Below, piece by piece: positions 1-11,100 of a DNA stretch of 64,000 nucleotides. Location of the stretch: positions 454,946 through 518,945 of the forward strand of contig NIVC01000713.1 of NCBI GenBank assembly GCA_002269645.1, given 5' to 3'. The DNA comes from Macrostomum lignano. Its lineage: Eukaryota. Numbering within the stretch: position 1 is the first letter of the stretch; the number at the start of each line of letters is the position of its first letter. The translations under genes and the position numbers were made by a program. The notes under the pieces are model-generated. The model did not search any database. It worked only from the letters and a program-made list of their open reading frames with translations, and had not been told where the DNA came from.

Positions 1-1070
1 TCTCCTGCCATCTCTAATCACCTCTCCAGCCATCTCTAATCACCTCTCCTGCCATCTCTATTCACCTCTCCAGCCATCTCTATTCACCTCTCCAGCCATC
101 TCTAATCACCTCTCCTGCCATCTCTATTCACCTCTCCAGCCATCTCTATTCACCTCTCCTGCCATCTCTAATCACCTCTCCTGCCATCTCTAATCACCTC
201 ACCTGTCATCTCTATTCACATCTCCTGCCATCTCTATTCACCTCTTCTGCCATCTCTAATCACCTCACCTGTCATCTCTAATCACCTCTCCTGCCATCTC
301 TAATCACCTCTCCTGCCATCTCTAATCACCTCACCTGTCATCTCTATTCACATCTCCTGCCATCTCTATTCACCTCTCCTGCCATCTCTAATCACCTCTC
401 CTGCCATCTCTAATCACCTCTCCAGCCATCTCTATTCACCTCTCCAGCCATCTCTAATCACCTCTCCTGCCATCTCTAATCACCTCTCCTGCCATCTCTA
501 ATCACCTCTCCAGCCATCTCTATTCACCTCTTCTGCCATCTCTAATCACCTCTCCTGCCATCTCTAATCACCTCACCTGTCATCTCTATTCACATCTCCT
601 GCCATCTCTATTCACCTCTTCTGCCATCTCTAATCACCTCTCCTGCCATCTCTAATCACCTCTCCAGCCATCTCTATTCACCTCTTCTGCCATCTCTAAT
701 CACCTCTCCTGCCATCTCTAATCACCTCACCTGTCATCTCTATTCACCTCTTCTGCCATCTCTATTCACCTCTCCTGCCATCTCTATTCACCTCTCCTGC
801 CATCTCTAATCACCTCTCCTGCCATCTCTAATCACCTCTCCAGCCATCTCTATTCACCTCTCCAGCCATCTCTAATCACCTCTCCTGCCATCTCTAATCA
901 CCTCACCTGCCATCTCTATTCACCTCTCCTGCCATCTCTAATCACCCCTCCTGACATCTCCAATCACCCCTTCTGACATCTCCAATCACCTCTCCAGCCA
1001 TCTTTATTCACATCTCCTGCCATCTCTAATCACCTCTCCTGTCATCTCTAATTACTTCTCCAGCCATCTG
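1..1070. repeat. 22-bp pyrimidine-rich minisatellite (tctcctgccatctctaatcacc), truncated by the window start
   Basis: Unit recurs every 22 bp with cag/ctg and aat/att variants. Confidence 0.97.
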
Positions 1071-1605
1071 CATTCAGCTCTCATGAAAGGTGAGCAAAGG
1101 CAAATAAATAAATAAAAGGAATTCCAACAAGGCTCACTTTCCGACCCAAACTCGTTGAATGCAAAGCAAGCTGAGAACAGAAAAAACAGCAGCAGCCAAG
1201 CGCTCGTCATGCTTCTCTGGTTGAGCAAATTTGTAAAACTGAGTTCAAAGTTAGAACTGTTTTGCTATTTGGTATTTCTGCTCTGGGTTGAAGTGAAATT
1301 TTCAATAGAAATAGTTGAAAATTGTTTCTATTTAAACAACATATCGAAAAATGTAAAAAATGTATGGATCGCATTTTTGATTGGTAAAATTGAGCTTGGG
1401 TAATTTTTTACGTTTTGTAAAAACGAATGTCTGTTGAAGAATAATATCGCTTAAAAAACTTTTGTAGCCCTTTATCTTTGAATTTAAATCTACTGCTGGA
1501 TTTGGGTCATAGAGTTTTATGGCTATAAAAATATGAAAGGGTGAGGCAAGTAATGACAAGATATTAACAGGATTAATAATCTTTGATTGTATCGAGAACA
1601 GAAAA

Positions 1606-1678
1606 ATGAGTCTATTGATTGTACTTTTGTTGAGCTGCACCCATGGTGTAATGGCGAATTTTGGACAATTTTGGCCAG
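1606..1678 (+). CDS. Signal-peptide exon of a small secreted protein (MSLLIVLLLSCTHGVMANFGQFWP)
   Basis: ATG at 1606 followed by a hydrophobic stretch. Phase-1 donor CAG|gtgagt at 1679 matches the phase-1 acceptor ttccag| before 1993 (G|AC = Asp). Confidence 0.7.
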
Positions 1679-1680
1679 GT

Positions 1681-1979
1681 GAGTTAGTGGCAGTGTCAGT
1701 TAGTGACAGTGTCAGTTAGTGGCAGTGTCAGTTAGTGGCAGTGTCAGTTAGTGGCAGTGTCAGTTAGTGGCAGTGTCAGTTAGTGGCAGTGTCAGTTAGT
1801 GACAGTGTCAGTTAGTGGCAGTGTCAGTTAGTGCCAGTCAGTGCCAGTCAGTGCCAGTCAGTGCCAGTCAGTGCCAGTCAGTGCCAGTCAGTGCCAGTCA
1901 GTGCCAGTCAGTGCCAGTCAGTGCCAGTCAGTGCCAGTCAGTGCCAGTCAGTGCCAGTCAGTGCCAGTCAGTGCCAGTC
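1681..1979. repeat. Intron-filling compound minisatellite: 16-bp (tagtggcagtgtcagt) to about 1829, then 10-bp (gtgccagtca)n
   Basis: Tandem units read directly. The array occupies almost all of intron 1679-1992. Confidence 0.95.
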
Positions 1980-1992
1980 GTTGCCTTTCCAG

Positions 1993-2560
1993 ACCAGCCG
2001 AGATTCGTGCTGCTGTCGGTCAGGAAGAGCGCCAGCACCCAGTTGCCAGGCGAACTGTATCTCCGCGGCCGAAGCACGGGCCACTGGGATCTGAGCTACA
2101 AAGACCTGCCAGGGGAATTCAGATCCCCCATGCTAGACAGAATCAATTCGTACGTGCAAAAGTTTCAAATTAGTAAATTTGTGGTCAAATGCGATCCGAC
2201 GGCAGGCGTGTGGCTGCGGCGGAGTTTCGAGTGCCAGACAATTTGATCACCATAAGCAACTGGTTTGCGTCAGAATGGCTGCTGTCAACTTATCCGTTCG
2301 AGATGCGTGATATGAATATTTCAAATTTTGGAATCGAAGGCCTTAAGACAACAAGTCGTACTAGAAGTTTCTACATTCATGGTCCGCACGGCTTGTGCGT
2401 GAATGACTACGGCCTCTTGGGTGTCGCGGAGTCCCCGTTGGACAAGTGCAGTTGGGTGCGCCGCGGCTTTCCATCTCCAGTGTTTTATTACGCAAAATGG
2501 AACGGCACTTTCCAGAGTTCGGTTGGCTACGCTGACCAGCTTCTTGTTTACATGGAGTAG
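1993..2560 (+). CDS. Main exon of a secreted protein with an uncharacterised invertebrate domain; one-base frameshift at 2187-2189
   Basis: DQPRFVLLSVRK...FRSPMLDR...ISKFVVK joins MRSDGRRVAAAEF...SNWFASEWLL...FGIEG...RSFYIHGPHGLCVNDYGLLGV...CSW...PVFYY...GYADQLLVYME* if one A is added to the AAA run. Motifs resemble a recurrent invertebrate domain I recall (NWF..RLL, F.I.G..R.F.I...gC.ND.G.L.V). Confidence 0.7.
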
Positions 2561-2568
2561 CAAATATG

Positions 2569-4200
2569 ATCAACAACCGGTGCACCAACATCAGCTACTG
2601 ATCAACAACCGGTGCACCAATATCAGCTACTGATCAACAACCGATGCACAAGCATCAGCTACTGATCAACAACCGATGCACCAACATCAGCTACTGATCA
2701 ACAACCGATGCACCAACATCAGCTACTGATCAACAACCGATGCACCAACATCAGCTACTGATCAACAACCGATGCACCAACATCAGCTACTGATCAACAA
2801 CCGATGCATCAACATCAGCTACTGATCAACAACCGATGCACAAGCATCAGCTACTGATCAACAACCGATGCACCAACATCAGCTACTGATCAACAACCGA
2901 TGCACCAACATCAGCTACTGATCAACAACCGATGCACAAGCATCAGCTACTGATCAACAACCGATGCACCAACATCAGCTACTGATCAACAACCGATGCA
3001 CCAACATCAGCTACTGATCAACAACCGATGCACCAACATCAGCTACTGATCAACAACCGATGCACCAACATCAGCTACTGATCAACAACCGATGCATCAA
3101 CATCAGCTACTGATCAACAACCGGTGCACCAACATCAGCTACTGATCAACAACCGATGCACCAACATCAGCTACTGATCAACAACCGGTGCACCAACATC
3201 AGGCACTGATCAACAACCGGTGCACCAACATCAGCTACTGATCAACAACCGATGCACCAACATCAGCTACTGATCAACAACCGATGCACCAACATCAGCT
3301 ACTGATCAACAACCGATGCACCAACATCAGCTACTGATCAACAACCGATGCATCAACATCAGCTACTGATCAACAACCGGTGCACCAACATCAGCTACTG
3401 ATCAACAACCGATGCACCAACATCAGCTACTGATCAACAACCGATGCACCAACATCAGCTACTGATCAACAGCCGGTGCACCAACATCAGGCACTGATCA
3501 ACAACCGGTGCACCAACATCAGCTACTGATCAACAACCGATGCACCAAAATCAGCTACTGATCAACAACCGATGCATCAACATCAGCTACTGATCAACAA
3601 CCGGTGCACCAACATCAGCTACTGATCAACAACCGATGCATCAACATCAGCTACTGATCAACAACCGATGCACCAACATCAGCTACTGATCAACAACCGA
3701 TGCATCAACATCAGCTACTGATCAACAACCGGTGCACCAACATCAGCTACTGATCAACAGCCGGTGCACCAACATCAGGCACTGATCAACAACCGGTGCA
3801 CCAACATCAGCTACTGATCAACAACCGATGCATCAACATCAGCTACTGATCAACAACCGGTGCACCAACATCAGCTACTGATCAACAACCGATGCATCAA
3901 CATCAGCTACTGATCAACAACCGGTGCACCAACATCAGCTACTGATCAACAGCCGGTGCACCAACATCAGGCACTGATCAACAACCGGTGCACCAACATC
4001 AGGCACTGATCAACAACCGGTGCACCAAAATCAGCTACTGATCAACAACCGATGCATCAACATCAGCTACTGATCAACAACCGGTGCACCAACATCAGCT
4101 ACTGATCAACAACCGATGCACCAACATCAGCTACTGATCAACAACCGATGCACCAACATCAGCTACTGATCAGCAACCAATGCGCAAGCATCAGCTACTG
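2569..4200. repeat. 32-bp minisatellite (atcaacaaccgatgcaccaacatcagctactg), about 50 copies
   Basis: Direct tandem periodicity starting 8 bp after the stop codon at 2560. Confidence 0.97.
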
Positions 4201-5295
4201 AACAACCGATGCAAACACAACAACAATGTGCAAAACAAGCAATGTCTTCAGACCCCAACAGTTGCAAAGTATAATATCAGCAATTACTATTAGTTTCCGT
4301 AAACGTTTTCCCGAAAAATGTAATTAATTTTACTAACTTTGCACTGCAGTGTAATGCTCACCCATAAATGCTTACAAATGCGTTTGTAGCAGCTGTGAAC
4401 TTGGATTTCAATTAATCCAATCCAAATAATACGGGGCTCGTACGCGTACGAGTAACGGTGAATAACTATTTACTTTTGAATAAAGGGGTATTATAGCAGC
4501 ATAAAAATTTGGTGTTTGGTATATTTGGTATATTTGGTATATTTGGTAATAATTTAACTTGTAACTTTCAAAAATTATTTGAGTTCGTGTTTTATTGGCA
4601 CATATAATTTCTTTTCGCGGTACTTGTTACAGCTAGTAGGCATGAATGAAATTTTTAATTTTAAATTAGTTTTCATGGAAAATTAGAGACATAAAATCCT
4701 AGTAGCGTGAGTTGAAAAATGAGCGTAGCTGTCTACATGCATCTGTCAGCGGTCTTATACGTGGTTGCTCCGTTCGAGTACTCCCATAATCCATAGCGAA
4801 TTCCCATAGGCAACGATATAATTAGTCAAATTAACGCTAATCGACCAAAGCCGGCGAAAAAACGTGCATAAAAACGCTGCGTATGATATAGCTACAGTGA
4901 TACGTCGCTCGAGTAAAAGGCGAGTACGTGCGTAAAAATAAGTGTACGCTCGTACACTTGAATGGCCTTTTAGCTGGCTACTGACTGCGCCTCGCCTCGC
5001 CGTTCCTATTTTCTGATTAACTAGCCGTGTTTTGTCTCCCATTCAGTCGCACAGCTTCTTCTCTCTGTTCGCTCTGTCTTCTGTCTCTCTACCCCCCACT
5101 CTGTCACCTCTCAGTCTCCAGGGTACTTGTTGACAACACAGCGCGGCGCGCTTATGTAGAAAATATAGAAATGAGCTTTCAGCAGCCTGTAAAAATGAGC
5201 AGCAGTAGCTTCATTCATACTATCCAGAGAATTTGGACTTGGGCAAATAAACGCCTCTTCCGAGCCGAAACCCCTACACAGATTTCCATTCGCGA

Positions 5296-5864
5296 ATGGC
5301 TTACGAGGAGGCCAACGAGCAGCTGGCCCGCCAGCTCATCAAGCGAGGCTACGCGCTCTACCACCGCTGCCGGTCTGGCCCGATCCCCGTCTCGACTCCG
5401 TCGAGGCGTTCGTCGAACGATTGAAAAGTCGCGTGCTGAAGTTGGTGGACGTGTTTCACTACCGACTGCCGCTCGGCCTTCGACTCTGCCGGGTTGGCAT
5501 CGACCCATTCGCTGGTGGGCGATTTTACATCGATCGGCCGGCCACTTGGTGCCAGGACAATCTGGCCGCCAGCTACAGGGCTCACCTTGCCGATAACTAC
5601 GCCGTACTCATCGCTATCGGAGTCCTGTCCCGCAGCTACCTGCCCGGCGATCTGCTCTACCTGGCCGATGGCGACGTTGAATGGGCGGCTGTCGAAGTGC
5701 AGCGTCGCTTGGCTCGCGAGTGCCAACGGTGCCCCCGCTGCGGCCCGCTGGTCGATTCTGTCTGGCACGGTGATCCCGCCGATGTTGGCCCGTTCGACGA
5801 TCCACCGGCCAGGGCCTACCTGGTCTGTCTGGCGCTTAAACTGTCCAGGGATGGCGGCTGGTAG
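5296..5864 (+). CDS. Orphan protein of about 190 aa with a probable one-base frameshift at 5379-5381
   Basis: GC3-rich codons in one frame 5296-5380 (MAYEEANEQLARQLIKRGYALYHRCRSG) and in the next frame from 5382 (DPRLDSVEAFVERLKSRV...CQRCPRCG...RDGGW*). Adding one C to CCC joins them. Confidence 0.55.
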
Positions 5865-5966
5865 AGTCCGGAACTCAGGTGCACTGCCAGCTGCTGCTTG
5901 GAGTCAGGAATTTTTATTACTGTATCTTCGACTAATGTAAATTTGTTGTGATAGTGACCACACCAC

Positions 5967-6199
<233 letters not shown>

Positions 6200-7731
6200 T
6201 TTTCAATAATTATTGCGCTGAAGACTTTCATTTTTTATATATTATTATGGTTTAAATGACTTATTTTTGCGGCCTATTTTTATTGTAGTGTTGGTTGTAC
6301 TCTTAGAGTCAAGACAAAATCACAAGTAATATATAAACTAGTGCAGCGATTAATCATAATTTTAGAATTAGAATATCTTCAAATTTAGCATATTTTCAAA
6401 TACTATCACGCGTCCATATCATAATTATAAGAATTAGTTTTGAATTCTTTCGCCGAAGTCCGTGAATTCATATTTTCAAATATTTTCCGTTTAACTTTCG
6501 TAAAAACCACAGCTAGTAAAAACTAGCGATTTCGTTTTGTAAAACGGCTCAGATTTTATTTGAAACATGGTTCATTAATAAAAGTTGAGAAAGATTATTT
6601 ACACTATTTCTAAAAGCATTAAAAAGAATTGTTTAACACATGTTAGTAATTAAAAATTTGAAATATTGTATTTTACAATAAAAATGAAAGTGATAAAAAC
6701 TATTGCTCCCGTGCAAGTTTCATCACGAGTTCTTGTAACTTGAAATTCTTGTTAAGAAACATTCTAAAACTGTGAAAACATATAAATTACTTTATTAAGT
6801 TCTGAAATAGGAATAAAAAATCATTGAACAGCTCAGTCAGCATGCACTGGCACTGGATACACACTATACTATGAATTCGACAATGAAGTGACACTAGCTA
6901 TATACATTTTGCTAAGAACATGATTATTTTGTTATAAATAATGCTAACTACTCGTTAAAACGGAAAAAACATTTTCTAGCCAAAATCCTTGTCCAAACCT
7001 TGTCCAAAGCTAATTTCTACAGCTAATTTACTCAGCAAATAGCTACTAATAATTTATAAATATAAAAAAATGATATATTAGTGCTATTGTGTCAAATGGT
7101 ACACTTTCATGAAACTATTTACATGCAATCATTCTCTACTCCGAAATTCGTCCTGCAAATAGTGTAATCAAAGCATGCGTGATCATAGAAGATACATATA
7201 GATATCTATTTAAAATTCTGGACAAAAACTGGCTATCTATATATACATAAACAATACATAAACAATATTAAAGTAATAACAGCGAAAACTACGCAATGTT
7301 TACGTAAAGTCGACAGTAAAACAAAAACACGACACACTCGTATTTGTACTCGCATTGCAGTCCGAGAATATTGAAAACCTGTTTTTAGAAAGAGGATAAG
7401 GGCGTATAGTCACCGATTACACCCAGTGTAAGCATGTGTAAGTCTGTGCGTCTTCAAGTTGATAGAGGAAAAGGCATGACTGCTTGCCTTCTCGCAAGGC
7501 TCACAAGGCTTACAAAATCACCTTATAATAATCAGAGCATCATATCAACACTGCCGCTCAATCGGGTCAGTTTCGTGCAACTCATCTCCCTCCTCGTTCA
7601 GCCCGGATCCCTGGCCAAGCCGATGTCCAACAACAGTGGCACTTTCTTGACGGTCGTCAGCTTGCGACAGGTCACCATCGGAATCGTCTCCGTCAGCATC
7701 CTTGGCAGCATCACCGGCGCCGGTTCCATGC

Positions 7732-8155
7732 TTAGCTCACCCTAGCTGCTTTAGTCTGCAGCACCCGCAGTATTAGTAGTCATATCGGTCTCCAGCTTGA
7801 CCTCCAGCAGAGTCAGGTGGCTCTCCAGCTGCTGCACCCGGCTGGTCAGCGCGTCCAGGCAGCCGGCAGAGCAACAGCTGCTGCCACCACCGCCGCCTGG
7901 TGGTGCCAAGCCGAACCCGACACCACCGTTGCCTGAGTCTCCTGACTGATCAGGCTGCCGAGCGGCCCTCGGTTGAGAAATGTTGCGACCTGCCGGAGGC
8001 GCCCAGGCCACCAGAAGCTGCGCCAAGTGCGCCACCGTTGGGGTCCGCGGCGCCTGCGGCAGCAGCAGCGCCGGTCGCGTCCGTCGCCGCGTCGCTGCAG
8101 ATGCCGCTGTGCCCGCCTCGCCTCCGCCGTTGCTCTGCAGTTGCTGATGATGCAC
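7732..8155 (-). CDS. KCNH2: KCNH exon 12 (tetramerising coiled coil [34 protein letters not shown]); +1 frameshift at 7773-7774
   Basis: Matches ERG LDAL...LETRL..DM..VLQLLQ once one extra base is removed. It is followed by AGG|gtgagc (donor) or GTG AGC TAA (stop). Confidence 0.78.
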
Positions 8156-11100
8156 CTGCAGTGTTTGGGATAGGGTCATCTAGGAGGAGCATCTCAGTGG
8201 ATGGGCTTATCTAGGTAGGGTTAATATTTCGCGTTCTTCAGGTCGGTTCATTAGGACGGAATGACAGAAGAGATTGTACCTGGTTGAGACAATCGTTGTG
8301 AGGGTAATCTTGATAAGTAGGCGGAGGCCACGTCTGTGTGCGTTAAAATTATTTCAGTTTAGGTCATACTTTTAAACTTTCTTTCCTTTAAGGGCACTTT
8401 AACAAAATAGCTTTCACTTGGGCACTTACCTGCCCGAACACCTGCTGCAAGGTGCTGACGCCGCCCGCTGCGCGAATCCGCCAGAATTTTGCGCGTCGCT
8501 AAAATCGAAATTCGCCGGCGTCACGTCGCGCCCGGCTTGTCGGGCGAGAATTCGAGAATTCCGGCTCCGGAGACGAAGGCCGCGACGGCGGAGGCGGCGG
8601 CGGCCGCGGCGTTGGTGGTAGGGGCGGTCAGGGCGGCGGCTCCCGCGGGCTGCGACTCCGTCCAGCTTCGATGCCGGGAGCCGCCGCCTCCGTGATGCTG
8701 CGGGCCTGCGCCGGTTGAGTCGGGCACGCCCAGTCGGTTGCGATGGAGACGAGGCGTCGCGGACGATTTACCGCCAACGACGGGCGATTGCGGGTTTGAT
8801 TTGCGCGACGAACTGCGTGAGGAGCTGCGATCGAGCTGGTGCTGATGATGCGGCTGATGGTGGGACTGAGAGGCCGCTTGCCCGGAAACTGCCGAGTGAT
8901 CTACCGAGTGATCTGCGGATCGGTTGAGATTCAAAATTGACAAAGTGAGACTTAAGTGAGACAGCTGTGAAGTTCGAATCGCAGTTCGATTTCCCGAAAG
9001 CGAGACATTCGAAAGTTGATTATGACTCAAGAGGGAGAGATTCGAAGCTCCCAAGTGACCACTGTAACACTCCAGAGTGATAGTTTACTTTAAATCTACG
9101 GAGGGAGATTGAGCTAAGCAGCAAACTGAAGGGATACCTCTCGATATCAGCGGCACATTAAACGACAGCTCTTCGTCTCTGAGGTCGAATGTAATCTCTA
9201 GATTTTTCACGAAGTATTCCGAGAATCCCGGATACATCTCGAGCGTTTCCAGCAGGTCGTCGCGTTGAATCTTGTGCAGATCGCAGTAGGTCAAGGCGCG
9301 GACATTGCACTTTGACTTGCCCACCGTCTCGTGGACGCAGGGAATCTCTCCGAATGTGTCGTCCTTGCCTAGGATGGCCAGAACCGTGTCCTCTTTCAGG
9401 ATTTCTATGCTGCCTCTGTTGGTGCGTTAGGGGGGGGGGTGTTGGTGTAGCTTGGCGCGTTATCGTGTTGTCCTTGAGTGCTGAAGGGCCCAGGTTCGAA
9501 TCCTAATGTGGCCAGGTAAATTTCGGGTTCAGTTGTAGCCATGAGTCCCAAAACCGACTGTATCCATTAGTAGTTTTTAATAGCAGTTATCTACGCTTAT
9601 CTGCCAAGTTTCAGCAATTGGCTTATACATGTACTATTGCCTAGCTATGAGCCAAGAACTTAGGAATCGTCGAAACCGTCCTGCTCTACTAGGCCGAGAC
9701 GTGGACGCTGACGGCTACGCTGGAGCGGCAGCTGGACTCGGCGCACTCAGGGCTGCGCCGTGCGGCATTTCGAGCTGACGAGAGCGTCGGGACCGAGGCC
9801 CTGTACAATCGGGCCAAGCTGCAGCGCCCGCCCACCATCCTGCGCCGGCGGCGACTTCAACTGGCGGGCCACGTGATCCGGGCCGAGGGCTACTGCCCCC
9901 AATCTGTTCAGGACGTCCTGCTGCTCACCTTGCGCCATCTGACGCGCCCTGCTCTAACTGTGACGTTGCATGCGGGGCCGCGTACTTTGTTGTTGTTGTC
10001 AGGAATCTTCTCAGGACATTGAAATAGGCCTAAAGGGCTGGTTCGATCCTTCGATCATTTTAAATTTGAGTGTACTTTTGCTCGTATTAATGGAATTCTT
10101 TCAACCTTGAAGCTGACCAGACAGTAGCTTCTCCACTCTCTCTTTCCCACCTTGACACCTCAGTTCTCACCTGGCCACAAAGTACAGCGCACTGAGAATA
10201 TCCCTCGATGCACCAGGATGTCCCCAGGTGGCACATGGGTGGACTTGAACTTCATCGAAAGGGTTCGCAGGCAGCCGGGGCTGGCCTCCTTGAACGCCGG
10301 GCAGTTTCTCAGCAGGTTGCGGTTCAGGTGCAGGCAGATGTCGGCCTGCAGGCACTCGGGGAAGCCCTTGAGCACCAGGTTCATGTCTATGCCGTTGGTG
10401 TAGGACCAGGCGTGCTGGAAGTACTCTTCTAGGCGCTGGCGGAGCGGGTTGGGGATCTGGTGGAAGCGGATGAACTCTCGGACCCGCAGCATCTGGGTGT
10501 GGTAGCGCGCGGTGCCGCTGTACAGCCTCTGGATGATGGCGGAGACGTTGCCGAAGATGCTGGCGTACATCAGGCTGCCGATGAGCATCACGCAGATGCT
10601 GAACACTTTCTCCATATTGGTTGTTGGGGCTACATTGCCAAAACCCACCGAGGTCAGGCTTGAGAAGGTGAAGTACAGCGCCGTGATGTACTTTGACTTG
10701 ATCGATGGTCCCGATAGTGAGTCGTTTCTTTTGTAGTGCTGCTCAGTCTGGAATTGAGACGATCGAGCATTTAGAGAACATAAGGAAAATGTGAGAAAAT
10801 GTGTCTTCTTGAGCAAAATAACAACAGTACAAATTGATAAAAGGACTTCAAGAAAGGTCTTTCGAGGTGCCAATCTACATTTTGCTACCATTTTAGACCA
10901 AAAACTCCATTTGTAGACAAACCAACTACTAAAGTCTAGACAACCCACTCCATTTCTACACCCCTTCCCATATCCAGACTACCAACTACCTCCGTCCTTG
11001 AATCACCCATCCCAGGTCCCTACTCGCCTGATCCGCCAGCTGGTCCAGCCATCCGATCGGCTGCGGCAAAATTGGTCTCTCCAGATTGCCAATCGCGTAC

